DNA from: Candidatus Bathyarchaeota archaeon
GTDB taxonomy: Archaea; Thermoproteota; Bathyarchaeia; Bathyarchaeales; Bathycorpusculaceae
Assembly: GCA_963775685.1 (NCBI GenBank)
Contig: CAVZJV010000014.1
Location: 1,056,001 to 1,120,000 of the forward strand
DNA: 64,000 bases
Direction of reading: 5' to 3'
The notes below the pieces were generated by a model. That model was not told the origin of the DNA. It saw nothing but the letters and a program-made list of their open reading frames with translations, and searched no databases. The position numbers and the translations under genes were made by a program. Shown piece by piece: positions 8,934 to 19,086 of this stretch (within the stretch, counting starts at the first letter, position 1; each line of letters starts with the position of its first letter).

Positions 8934-9962
8934 TTGGAGACTTGTGAAGATGTGGCAATCGTAGGAGGGGGGCCGGCAGGAGCCTTCTGTGCGTTTGAGC
9001 TTGCCAAAAAGGGGATCTATGCCTCTTTTTTTGATCATTCCCATCCTAGAGAAAAATCCTGTGGGGGCGGAATTTCGCCTTATGCTATCAAAAAATTTCC
9101 TTTCTTAGAAAGGTTCCGTTCACAAACAGTCAGCCCAGGCCTTCTTAAAATGATTTCCTGCACCGATAAGCAAGTGGCTGTGGTTAGATATGAAGGATTT
9201 AGTTTATCTCGAAAATATTTTGATGAACAAATTATTGAAATGGCATTGCAGAAGGGCGCAAGAATAATTAAAGAAAAAGTTTTGGGAATTAAGAGAAAGC
9301 AGAGTCTTTGGGAGATAAAAACGGACAAACAGTTTTATTTAGCCCGAAATGTTGTTGGAGCAGATGGAATAAATAGTTTGGTCCGTCGACAGACCACAGG
9401 ACCTATTCCGAGGGAAAACCTTGGATTAACATACGGATATATGGTAACTGGACTTGAAGACGAACCTATAACAGTAAAATTTGTTGCTGAAATTCCCGGT
9501 TATATCTGGATTTTTCCTCGGCGAACCAACACATGTATAGGTATAGGCAGCGAAGCAAAATATGGCAACACACTAAAACAAATCCTAGACGCATTTATTC
9601 GTTCTTACAGTCCGCAGGTGAAGGTAACATCAAAATTTTCAGCTATGCTTCCTTGGGCAACAAATCCTGATTTCTTTTCGTTTCCTTGTTCGATGGAAAA
9701 TGGTGTTTTAATCGGTGATGCTGCAGGGCACGCTGATCCGGTGACTGGTGAAGGTATTTTGTATGCATTATGGTCGGGCAAACTTGCCGCAAAGGCTATA
9801 GCAAAAGATGACTTGAGATTGTATGATAAACTTTGGATGAAAGAGTATGGAAACTATCTCATTGATCGGTGCCAGAAGAAAAACAATTGTTACAATCCTA
9901 TGTTGATAGAATTTTATGTTGCTACGCTTTCTCTAAAGAAGAAACGTGGATCTTTCGCCTAA
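8934..9962 (+). CDS. Geranylgeranyl-reductase-family FAD-dependent oxidoreductase
   Basis: GGGPAG, KSCGGG, VGADG, PGYIWIFP, GDAAG..DPVTGEGI. Confidence 0.85.
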   Translation: METCEDVAIVGGGPAGAFCAFELAKKGIYASFFDHSHPREKSCGGGISPYAIKKFPFLERFRSQTVSPGLLKMISCTDKQVAVVRYEGFSLSRKYFDEQIIEMALQKGARIIKEKVLGIKRKQSLWEIKTDKQFYLARNVVGADGINSLVRRQTTGPIPRENLGLTYGYMVTGLEDEPITVKFVAEIPGYIWIFPRRTNTCIGIGSEAKYGNTLKQILDAFIRSYSPQVKVTSKFSAMLPWATNPDFFSFPCSMENGVLIGDAAGHADPVTGEGILYALWSGKLAAKAIAKDDLRLYDKLWMKEYGNYLIDRCQKKNNCYNPMLIEFYVATLSLKKKRGSFA

Positions 9963-10247
9963 AACTTCCTAATTTTGGTACAAAAATTGACTGCATTAAT
10001 TCCAATAAAGTTAATTAGAAATTTTAGATTACTTTAATTACGGAAATTCGTGAGCCAAATCTAGTCTGTCTTTGAAATCGTTTTTTTTTAAAAGTTGCGT
10101 ATAGCATGAAGGGTACCGAATTTTCTGTAATATTGTAAGGTTTATGATCACATTTTTTGTTCTTATCTCTAATTTTTTTTGATCTTAGTGATTATTTTGT
10201 TGACATAAATAAAAAAGGTGGAATAATTATTTGTATTATTCTTAGCC

Positions 10248-10856
10248 TTATGTAAGTGACTTTAATTTCTTAATTTCAGCGTTTATTTTTATTATTTGGT
10301 TTTCGATCTCTGCCCCTAAGCTGTCCATACTTTCAGCAGTTAATCCTTTCTTTGTTTTCATATCTGCGGATAGATTGGGCAGTTGTTTAAGTTGCGATGC
10401 CGTATTTTCCAGGAAATTAGTGCACTCTGAAATGACGCCTAACTTAGTTTGCTCAGCTTCGGCAGTCTGTAGTTTTGCCTTTTCGGCAATTAAGTTGGCT
10501 TCAGTTGCTGCTTTGGTAGCTATATCGGCAGCTTGTTTTGCTGTTTCTGTTTGTTGCTGGGAGGTTTCTGCAGCTTGATTGGCGGTACTTGCCACTTGAG
10601 TGGCAGTGTTTGCTACTTTGCTTGCTGTGTCTGCTGCTTTTTCTGAGGGCAACCGACCAAAATAGTACCCTATAATGATTCCACCCCATCCGCCTAAAAT
10701 TGCAAAAATGCCTTGCGCAGACGCTAAGTCCGGCGTTGATTTGGTCAGCAAAGGCAACAGCAGTAACAAAGTTGCGGCAATGATAACCACACCTATCGTT
10801 GCAGATACGACTTCTTTAAAAATAGTCAGTTTCGAGGCTGTATCATTTTGTGTTAT
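10248..10856 (-). CDS. 2-TM membrane protein with Ala/Thr-rich coiled coil (start ATA 10856 or GTG 10790)
   Basis: Two hydrophobic helices, IIIGYYFGR motif, heptad-like A/T/Q/K run; SD GAGGTGA precedes the in-frame ATA. Confidence 0.65.
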   Translation of the reverse strand: MTQNDTASKLTIFKEVVSATIGVVIIAATLLLLLPLLTKSTPDLASAQGIFAILGGWGGIIIGYYFGRLPSEKAADTASKVANTATQVASTANQAAETSQQQTETAKQAADIATKAATEANLIAEKAKLQTAEAEQTKLGVISECTNFLENTASQLKQLPNLSADMKTKKGLTAESMDSLGAEIENQIIKINAEIKKLKSLT

Positions 10857-11213
10857 TTTCTCACCTCAGATCTAATATCGTTTGATTGAATTTATAGCAC
10901 TTTTGATTTTGAATACAAAGTAGTCGAACTAAGAATACAAATTTAGGCATAAAATGTTGTCTCTCACCTATTTTTTGGTTGATGAGCATTTTTGTGATTG
11001 GTAAACGTCTGCATTTTTTAAAGATAGCAAAGCCAAAGAAGCAGGTGCCTAAGCTGTGAGTGTACCCAAGGGATCCTCTGAGAGAACCGTTAGTTCTCCT
11101 CTGCAAGATGCGCAGCGTTGCTGGCTTGTAGTTGCTGTCGCAGGCGAATTCTGATTTGATTGTTTTGTCAAACCCTTCAAAGTGAAGATGTATCGTATTT
11201 GTTGCTTTTTGGT

Positions 11214-11429
11214 CTAGATTGTTATTGATTGTTCGTCTCTTGGAATAGCCATTAGCTCAATATCTTCTTGACTTCGGACTCTTATCTTTGTGGGTTTTTG
11301 TTTGTGTGTGTGGTTTGGTTCGCCTATGTTGTATAGGGTCCAGCCGAATAGGAAGATGACGGCAAGTAAGGGTGCTAGTAGGATTATTTCGATTTTGCTG
11401 CGTTGTTTTCTGGGGGTTGTTTTTGCCAT
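11214..11429 (-). CDS. Small single-TM hypothetical protein
   Basis: ATG start, basic N-terminus, LLAPLLAVIFLFGWTLY helix. Confidence 0.55.
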   Translation of the reverse strand: MAKTTPRKQRSKIEIILLAPLLAVIFLFGWTLYNIGEPNHTHKQKPTKIRVRSQEDIELMAIPRDEQSITI

Positions 11430-11987
11430 TTGGTTGCCAGCAACATTTTAGTTACTTGGTTTTTGGGTTATAAGCTTTATTAATTACTGATACACAAGTC
11501 TTATCTGACTATTTTTTGGGTTCCTTTTTGAAAACTGGGATAGTTTTCAAGGTCTATTCCGCGGTCGGAATATGGCTTATATGGTTTTTTGGGGCGATTG
11601 CTTGCTATGGGCGTGTGGAGATGGCTGCAAAACTAAGGGCGCATGGTTCATGGCAAAGGGGTTGTTTGGCTGTGTATGTTTTTGTTTTGCTGTTTATGGT
11701 CATCGGTTTAACGCTTGGAAGCGGAGTTTGGATGTTTGGTGGGCTGGCTTGTTGGGGTTGTGCCGTTTTTGGCTGGTTTTACTATTACAGTAAAAGTAAT
11801 AATGCAAAATGTTTAAAAACTGATTCAGCAAATATGAGGAGCTACATTGGAGGAGAAAGGCAAGGAAAAGTTGTTCTAGTTAGAGTTGACTGCTCATGTC
11901 CGCTTCCTTCAGGAAGGGATACGACAGAGTCCTCTCTTGAATAGTTTCTTGTCTTGTATGTTTCAAGTTAATATGTGGGTTGTTTTG

Positions 11988-12299
11988 TTGGGTAAAAATC
12001 GTGATCGCCTAAGCATCGTGGCAGCCATATTGGAAGTGGCGCACAATGGTGCAAGCAAAACTCGCATAATGTATGCGGCAAACTTGAGCTTTAGCCTCCT
12101 TGAAAAATACTTAGCCGTTGCTTTAAGTTCAGGTTTTATTAAAGTTAGCCGTGGTAAGTACCGTTTGACTTTGAAAGGCCACGAATTCTTAAAAGATTAC
12201 AACTATTTCCATCAACGCTACGACCGCGCACAAAAGATGCTGGAGTCTTTGGGTTCAGAGCGAGAGCAACTGGAAGGTTTATGTAACAGGATTGCATAA
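11988..12299 (+). CDS. Winged-helix transcriptional regulator (ArnR1-like)
   Basis: RDRLSIVAAIL...ASKTRIMYAANLSF..LEKYL...YRLTLKG. Confidence 0.85.
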   Translation: MGKNRDRLSIVAAILEVAHNGASKTRIMYAANLSFSLLEKYLAVALSSGFIKVSRGKYRLTLKGHEFLKDYNYFHQRYDRAQKMLESLGSEREQLEGLCNRIA

Positions 12300-12412
12300 A
12301 TAATTCGGTTAAGCCTAAGATTGATGTGGAATAGTTCGGTTTTCGATATACTTCAAATTTTTTCATAATGTCTTATATCTTAAGTTAGCCATTGGTTTTG
12401 TGTGAGTGAAAG

Positions 12413-13123
12413 ATGTTAATTAATCCGTTAGATAAAGAAGAAGCGCAAAGAAGTGCAGAGACTCAGGTCATCATTGCAGCTCTAAACGAGGAGAAAGGAA
12501 TAGGCCTCACAATAACAGAGATGCTAGATGCCCTTGATGCTGCGGAATTAATCGTTGTCGATGGCAAAAGCACCGACAGAACAAGTGAGATCGCTAAAAA
12601 TCTGGGCGCAAAGGTTGCCGTCCAGGATGGAAAAGGAAAGGGCGATGCAGTAGCCAAAGCCCTCCAACTCATAGGCGCAGAAACAGAATACATCGTACTC
12701 ACAGACGCCGATTACACCTACCCAGCCCAATACGTTCCCGAAATGATCCAGATACTAAAAGAGCAACCTGAAGTCGGCATGGTATGTGGCAACCGCTTAA
12801 ACGGCAACGTAGACCCAGAAGCTCTGCATAGAATATTCCACATAGGAAACAAACTAATAGCATTTGCTCACAATCACGTAAACGGTGTCGAACTAAAAGA
12901 TCCGTTAACTGGGCTTAGGGTAATTCGGGCCGACCTGCTAAGAGCGTGGAAGGTAAAGTCAAAAGGCTTTGACATAGAAGTAGAACTAAACAACTATGTG
13001 CAGCAAACAGGCAAAGAAATCGTTGAGGTTCCAATTCAATACCGACAAAGAATAGGCCAGAAAAAACTCGGACTAAAAAATGGCTACGAAATCTTCAAAC
13101 GCATCATGCTGAACGCTTGGTAA
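12413..13123 (+). CDS. GT2 glycosyltransferase (dolichol-phosphate mannose synthase-like)
   Basis: AALNEE, VVDGKSTDRT, GKGDA, DADYTYP, GFDIEVE. Confidence 0.9.
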   Translation: MLINPLDKEEAQRSAETQVIIAALNEEKGIGLTITEMLDALDAAELIVVDGKSTDRTSEIAKNLGAKVAVQDGKGKGDAVAKALQLIGAETEYIVLTDADYTYPAQYVPEMIQILKEQPEVGMVCGNRLNGNVDPEALHRIFHIGNKLIAFAHNHVNGVELKDPLTGLRVIRADLLRAWKVKSKGFDIEVELNNYVQQTGKEIVEVPIQYRQRIGQKKLGLKNGYEIFKRIMLNAW

Positions 13124-13244
13124 GCTAACTTGGCGCTTTTTGGCTTTGCTTTCAAATAATTGTTAAATATTTTGCTAACCTGCCTTAAGTAAAAATCTCG
13201 TTAAAACCTGTGGAGAGACATAGAATTAGGATTTCCAAAAAATA

Positions 13245-13808
13245 TTGGCCCTAAGTTTGCTTTTCCTGCTAACCCTTAGTGCCTGTGTAGAAATACATTT
13301 TGGAGCTGCACAAACCGACACTACACAAGTCAGTTTGCAGACCGCTAATAACAGGTTAAACCAAGCCTTCAGTGATGTGCTTGAAGCCGAAAAAGCAGGC
13401 GCAAACGTAACAAGCCTTCTTATCCAGCTAAACGGTGCTGCAGACTTGTTGGCTCAGGCCGAAAACATCTACCGCAGCGGCGTCATCACCGGTGTCCAAG
13501 CTAAGTTAGATATTGTTGTTGCAACTGCGGGTCAAGTTTCCTCTTTAGCGCAAACTGCCCAAACCGACGCCAAAGCTTCCGCTCAGACTGGTCTTGCTTT
13601 GACGGTGGCCTTTAGTGTGGTTGGTTCAATTGTTTTGGTTTTTGTTTTGTTTTGGGTTTGGCGCATCCTCAAAGGCAGCTACATCAAACGTATTGGCGAC
13701 ATGAAGCCGGAGGTCGTTGGCGATGAAGCTGATGATTACAAACTTATCCTAATCACGGTTGGCGTAATCGGAATGTATTTTTCGCCTCCCCCTCCATTGC
13801 GGCGTTAG
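13245..13808 (+). CDS. Secreted/membrane-anchored helical protein (true stop probably near 13735; extended by an indel)
   Basis: Signal peptide, VLEAEKAGANVTSL, C-terminal TM helix. Confidence 0.65.
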   Translation: MALSLLFLLTLSACVEIHFGAAQTDTTQVSLQTANNRLNQAFSDVLEAEKAGANVTSLLIQLNGAADLLAQAENIYRSGVITGVQAKLDIVVATAGQVSSLAQTAQTDAKASAQTGLALTVAFSVVGSIVLVFVLFWVWRILKGSYIKRIGDMKPEVVGDEADDYKLILITVGVIGMYFSPPPPLRR

Positions 13809-14315
13809 ATTCTTTGCCGGCTGAGGAGCGGTTTTTCGGAGTTGTTTCTTCTGGCCCCAAACAAATGGCAGCTGATTACCCCTACAACATTGTGCCCAAC
13901 CAAAACTACACCATATACTTCGGTTAACCAAACCATGTGGATCCTTAGCCTACTACCAACTTTATGTTAGGCCTACAATGCCTCTGACGCTTTGCCTGAC
14001 AAGCTCTTCGGCGTAACCAACCCCACCCAAACCTGCTACGACTTACGCTTCTCAATCCAAGACGGACAAACCTTTCAGATCCCAGTAACCTTTTCAATCA
14101 CCAACACACACACCCAAAACAACCAAACAACCATCGGCAACATCCAAATAAACGGCAGACCCAACCATAAACAAACCCTCCACCTGGAACCAAACAACCA
14201 CAACCTACCAATACAACCTATTCCTCGAACTCTGGATGTACAACAGTCAATCCGGCAACATAGAATTCAACAACAATTGGCCAATCTTAAATTGAATCTA
14301 ACCCAAACCCCCTAA
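13723..14315 (+). pseudogene. DUF1616-like membrane-anchored protein broken by several indels
   Basis: Pieces MKL/DDYKLILITVGVIG, ERFSELFLL, DYPYNI, WQ-like TFQIPVTFSI and a LKLNLT C-terminus occur in shifting frames. Confidence 0.5.
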
Positions 14316-15124
14316 ATCATTGTTGGCGATTTTTCAAAAAATTTATCTGCTAATCAAAAAAGTTCTGCCGTCATCTTTCTCCCTAATCTGGGGTTGGCGA
14401 GCACCTAAACTTGACTATACTTTTCTCATTTAACGGCAACTAAACATCCTCCATTCCTGATTTCGGTAGACGAACCGTGACATGTACAGGCCCATCCAAA
14501 AACCCCTGCAACCTTTATTAACAAAGCAATCAAAAGCAACCTTCACTCCAAGCAAAAAAGCTAAGATGCTTCTGTCAGACAACAAACCACTTCAAACCAA
14601 AAGATCCCACAATTCAAAAACCAAAAGAAATTATGAAAATTAGAAAAAATCAATTTTATATATGGCAAAAACTAATTAGTTTTAGTGACACTTTAGTTTT
14701 GTATTAATTTTATTTGGGTTCCGGTGAGCGTTAGTCGCAGCTAAATCTCTGAGGCTGCCGGTATTTGCTGCTGCGGTTAGGGTTAGGGTTGCTTGGATTG
14801 ATTGTCCTGCGGGAAAAACTGTGGCGGTTGGGCGCAAGATATGGTGATGGATTCGCTAAAGCTCAACTAACCCAGCCCCCTTTTTAGGTTCAGCCGACAC
14901 TTTAAAAGAAGAAGAAGAGTGAAAATTCTGCTCTTCTTCCTCTACCCAATCTCATTTTTTGGACAACCACCCAGGCTGCCGCGGATATCGCAGGTTTTTG
15001 TACGTCGCAAATTATTTCACAGCCGGGCTGAGATTTTTTCAAAACTAAAATTTTCTGTTATCTATCGTTACTGTGCTGAGGTATAATTGCAGTGTTTCTC
15101 TAACAGCCCAAATTTCGCGAGCTA

Positions 15125-15224
15125 TTTAATTCGGGATGAAGCGAAACTGGAAAGGCCATGCAGACAAAGGAAGAGCACAGAAAAACAATCTTAGAAAAAA
15201 GCCAACAAAAAAATCTGATGGGCG
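15125..15224 (+). repeat. Direct repeat A, copy 1 (upstream of TA pair)
   Basis: 30-nt core ACAAAGGAAGAGCACAGAAAAACAATCTTA (15164-15193) identical to 16291-16320; flanks similar. Confidence 0.85.
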
Positions 15225-15359
15225 GAATAAAATATTAACTGGGCAATCAACATGGTAGGTGAAACCGAAAAGTAAGTTCAAGGAAAAAGAAAAAAGAACA
15301 TCTATTACAGCAAAATCTTTGTGTATGCAGACGATATCTATTGTATACGGCGATAACTA

Positions 15360-15671
15360 TTGACACTCAAACCATTAGCCGTTCGCGTCCCCTCTGAACT
15401 AGACAAGGAAATTTCTGAGATCATAAAAAAAGAAAAACTAGACAAAGCAACTGTTGTCCGAAATCTCCTCGAAAGAGGCATCACCGAATGGAGAAAACAA
15501 ACAGCCCTAGACCTCTTAACCAAAGGGAAAGTCACTTTTGCCCAAGCAGCAGACATCGCAAAGCTTTCTCTATGGGAATTTGCGGATTTACTAAAACAAA
15601 GCAACATTGAATGGGTCCGATTTGAACCTGAAGAAATCGAGAAAGAATTTACTGCAGCATCTACGGCGTAA
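15360..15671 (+). CDS. UPF0175-family antitoxin
   Basis: LAVRVP...DKATVVRNLL...GKVTFAQAADIAKLSLWEF; paralog of 863..1180. Confidence 0.85.
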   Translation: MTLKPLAVRVPSELDKEISEIIKKEKLDKATVVRNLLERGITEWRKQTALDLLTKGKVTFAQAADIAKLSLWEFADLLKQSNIEWVRFEPEEIEKEFTAASTA

Positions 15672-15676
15672 CAAAA

Positions 15677-16189
15677 TTGAAACCGCTAATTTTCTACTCT
15701 ACCCCCTTGATATACCTCTCCAAAGTAGGGTTAAGCGGGATTATTGGAAACCTGCAAGATGAAAAGTTGACTTCTCCGCTGGTGAAAACTGAAGTTGTGG
15801 ATAAAGGCAAACAAAAAGGTGTCCCAGACGCGATTGCACTGGAAAGACTGTTTGAAAACGGCGTTTTTAAACTTTGCAAACCCAAAGACAACTTGTTTCT
15901 TTCACATATATCCAAGACACGGGGGCTTCATGCTGCCGACGCTGAGGTCTTAGCACTTGCCAAGGAGCATGCAGGCATAGCTGTCATTGATGATGAAGTT
16001 GCAAGGAAAACCGCTAAAGTCTACAGAATCAGTTACGTAGGCACACCCTATGTTTTGGCAAGAGCGATTTTTGAAGGGCTCCTATCAAAAGAGCAGGCTA
16101 AGGGGGCAGTTAAGGATATGGTTACTTTAGGTTGGCGGTGCAACGTGGAAACCTATGCCAAGATAATGGAGCTAATAGATAAAATATAG
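15677..16189 (+). CDS. PIN-domain protein, DUF3368-type
   Basis: STPLIYLSK, ADAEVLALA, VIDDEVARK; the first PIN Asp position reads Tyr (IFYSTP); paralog of 320..850. Confidence 0.8.
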   Translation: MKPLIFYSTPLIYLSKVGLSGIIGNLQDEKLTSPLVKTEVVDKGKQKGVPDAIALERLFENGVFKLCKPKDNLFLSHISKTRGLHAADAEVLALAKEHAGIAVIDDEVARKTAKVYRISYVGTPYVLARAIFEGLLSKEQAKGAVKDMVTLGWRCNVETYAKIMELIDKI

Positions 16190-16251
16190 GGCGGCAGTTT
16201 GGGCAAACTAAAACAAATTGTATATTTAAATGCTCGGGCAATCCAATCTAT

Positions 16252-16356
16252 CTAATTAAGGATAAAACGAAACTGCAAAAGATCATACACACAAAGGAAG
16301 AGCACAGAAAAACAATCTTAACCAAAAAGCCAACAAAAACAAAAGCTGACAGGGCG
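16252..16356 (+). repeat. Direct repeat A, copy 2 (downstream of TA pair)
   Basis: 30-nt core at 16291-16320 identical to 15164-15193. Confidence 0.85.
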
Positions 16357-16393
16357 CACACCCTATGGGTCTATTTCCCCTGAGTTTGTTTTG

Positions 16394-16776
16394 CTATATC
16401 CAAGTTGTTTCTATTTCTTTGATTTGTTCAAAATGAGGGTCATCTGAAACGCAAACAGCCTTCAACATTGATGCCGTACCAGCAATCATACTGTCCCCCA
16501 TCGAAAGGTCGTATTTTTGTCTTAATTCTGCTGAGATTTGGGCTATTTGGATATCAACCAGCACCACTTGAAAATCTTTTTCAATTAATGTAGATCGAAG
16601 TTTGGCAATTTCTCTTCCCTCTCGAACAAAAGACAACTTGAATAACTCATGGATTACTATTGCCGAGACATATTTTTCCTTGCGCTTTTTTCTTCTAATA
16701 GTTTCTTATGCTGGGTTTCGTCTTTGGAGTAGAAGAACTCAACGAAGAACCGGGTGTCGTAGGTTGCCTTATGCAT
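16394..16776 (-). CDS. vapC: VapC PIN toxin, frameshifted in the A-run near 16690
   Basis: MHKATYDTRFF...YVSAIVIHEL...LSMGDSMIAGTA...VSDDPHF; start overlaps antitoxin stop. Confidence 0.75.
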
Positions 16777-16999
16777 CTTGTTCCCTGAGTTTGTCTAATT
16801 CTTTTTTCATTTTCTCGGGAGTTGCAAACTCTGATCCGGATCCTATTAAATCCCATATTGACTCTTTTCGCTTGAAAAGTATCCCGTCGCTAGTCTCAAC
16901 GACTTCAAGTCTTGTGCCTTCTTCTATTTTGAATTTCTTGCGAAGGCGCACAGGAATAGTTGTCTGCCCTTTCTTTGTTACGACAACTTCTGTTTCCAA
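16769..16999 (-). CDS. AbrB/MazE-type antitoxin (VapB)
   Basis: VTKKGQTTIPVRLRKKFKIEEG. Confidence 0.9.
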   Translation of the reverse strand: METEVVVTKKGQTTIPVRLRKKFKIEEGTRLEVVETSDGILFKRKESIWDLIGSGSEFATPEKMKKELDKLREQDA

Positions 17000-17413
17000 C
17001 TTTAATCAACGTATTACCTTTAAAAAATACTACTTCTTTAAATGTTTCTACTAAAAGACTTAAAAATAACAGAAAAAATATTCACTCATTATTTTCAATG
17101 ACTTTCTATATTCCATTTTTTCAAAAAAAACTTTAAAAAAGAAAACTAACTTGAGTCACCCATGTTTAACATACACCTTATTCGACAAGAAGCTAAACAC
17201 CACATGAACCCAACCTTAACCACCGAATTAAACTATAGAAAACTTACACAAAAAATCTATAATTCTTTTCTATTTAGTCAAGACTATCACAGCATACACA
17301 ATGAACACTTAAACTATAATAAAGAAAGGCAACTATAGAAAAAATACTGATGCAAAAGCTTTTCAGTTAACAATTACATAAATAATTTTAAAGAATGAGT
17401 TGAGTTAGAATCT

Positions 17414-17626
17414 ATGCCTGCTCCAACTGTGAAAGATGGTAAATGGTCAAAAGAACGTGAGAGAACAAAATCTGGAAGATGGCGAAAAAAACGCTCCGAC
17501 GCTAATCAACCCAGACAGAAAAAATCAAACCGAAAATACAAAATCGCCATCGCAGCAATAGGTATAATTGCCATCGCTTTAATAGTGATTTATCTCTACT
17601 TACCCGGTTTGTTGAGATTGTCATAG
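17414..17626 (+). CDS. Small protein: highly basic N-terminus plus C-terminal TM helix
   Basis: ATG start; RTKSGRWRKKRSD; IAIAAIGIIAIALIVIYLYL. Confidence 0.6.
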   Translation: MPAPTVKDGKWSKERERTKSGRWRKKRSDANQPRQKKSNRKYKIAIAAIGIIAIALIVIYLYLPGLLRLS

Positions 17627-17995
17627 TAACTAACATAGCAGCTAAAGCAATCCAAATCAAGTCCTGCGCTGTCAATCGATGACCGTGCGGGCTTTAAATT
17701 TAATAGTTTTAAAAAGGGCTCTTAAGTTCAATATTCAACCGGTAAGCTTCTCTCCAAATTGTGTTATCGCTCATTTTGGATATGTTAAGATCAATACATA
17801 CTCCTCATTTAGTCGTGTCCAAAAAAGATGAAAACTTCTGGTTAACGATTTAGTGTTTGATTTGGCTAAAATTCTTTCATCTCTGTGCAATCTTCTCCAG
17901 AACTTAATCCACAAACCAGATGCTCAAAAACTATCCTGAATAACTCGCTGAAGAGCTCAAGAAGATGGTAAAGATTTTTCGACTAAGAAGCTTTT

Positions 17996-18223
17996 TTAGT
18001 AATGTTTGGCCGCTTCTTTTAGGGTCTTTTCAACCAGCTCATTTTCGATCCGTTCTTGCTCAGAAGCGGCTTTTACAGGGTCTTTTTCTCTTTCCCCATG
18101 CTGAGAAGCATGGGCTTCAATAGCCTTTGCCATCATCTTCAGATCCGGAACCAACAAGATCTTAAAACCACATTCACATTCAATGAAAGTGCCTCCTTCT
18201 ATTGGAAAGTCATTCTCTGGCAT
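17996..18223 (-). CDS. Small putative Zn-binding protein (CxC...HxxxH), paralog of 29055..29330
   Basis: IECECGFKILLVPDL..M.KAIEAHASQH. Confidence 0.7.
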   Translation of the reverse strand: MPENDFPIEGGTFIECECGFKILLVPDLKMMAKAIEAHASQHGEREKDPVKAASEQERIENELVEKTLKEAAKHY

Positions 18224-18795
18224 TAGCCTACACCCCAAATCCACTGTGAACTAACACTCTAAAATGAAAACTTAAGAAGTATATTCCTAAAACACGAATA
18301 ATCCCGACCGGCAAATGGCTAAACGAGGTTTTAATAATAATTAGATACCATTTTAGCTGCTTGTCTGTAACTTCCTTTAGCTGTGCCTTGGCTAAAACTC
18401 CATATGAAACGTAGGCTGGGGATACTAGCGCCAAATTGCATCTCCCACCTTTTCTGAATACAACATATTTAGCAACTTACTAAACACCTGTCTAACTCGT
18501 AATTGCTTTGCAGAATATTCATTTTCGAGACACATTTTTTTATTTAAACCTTCTGAATCCTGATCTAACAAGCAGAAATGTAGAACAACAAAACATTAGG
18601 CAGTCAAATCTCGATATATGATGCATCCGGAAGGTTCCTTTAAAAATTCAAACCCTCAGAATGTTTAAGGAGAAATAATGTTGCTTGAGTAAAACCAACA
18701 GAATCGGAACTCAAGAACTTCGATATTTAGAAAATGGTTATACAGATGATTGAATTATAACCTATCAAATTATGTGTTTCAGGTGGTGAAAAAGC

Positions 18796-19086
18796 ATGAG
18801 TAAAGATCAAGCAATAGGTGCAGCAATCGTTGTAGTCTGCGTAGCTGTCGTGCTAGCATATGTGGGGCTTCTGTTCTTTTATGATCCATACATCATATCT
18901 TTCCTTAACATCGGTTCTCAAGGAAGCGTTCAATTCTGGCTTATCGCGGCTCCCGTCGCCATAGCCTTCATTGCCATACTGGGCATTGGAAGCTGGATTG
19001 GATACACTATGGCAACAACTCCCCCGCCGAAACCAATCGAAGAAATCACAACAGAATCCACCGATAGCAACAAACCAGCACCATAA
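18796..19086 (+). CDS. Conserved archaeal small 2-TM membrane protein
   Basis: SD GGTGGTGA; MSKDQAIG...WIGYTMATTPPPKPIEE. Confidence 0.8.
   Translation: MSKDQAIGAAIVVVCVAVVLAYVGLLFFYDPYIISFLNIGSQGSVQFWLIAAPVAIAFIAILGIGSWIGYTMATTPPPKPIEEITTESTDSNKPAP

Noticed and set aside
8934-9962. Flavin-dependent halogenase
   Set aside because: The motif is YxWxFP with CGGG (GGR family), not the halogenase WxWxIP
11516-11944. 142-aa hydrophobic ORF
   Set aside because: Lies on a G/T-rich low-complexity tract; overlapping ORFs are equally uninformative and there is no recognisable motif
14705-14860. TTAGGG-TTAGGG telomere-like repeat
   Set aside because: Only two units; it reads as QATLTLTAA on the minus strand, probably a remnant of a secreted-protein gene
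15164-16320. CRISPR array from the 30-nt identical repeat
   Set aside because: Only two copies about 1.1 kb apart enclosing genes; no spacer-sized periodicity and no cas genes
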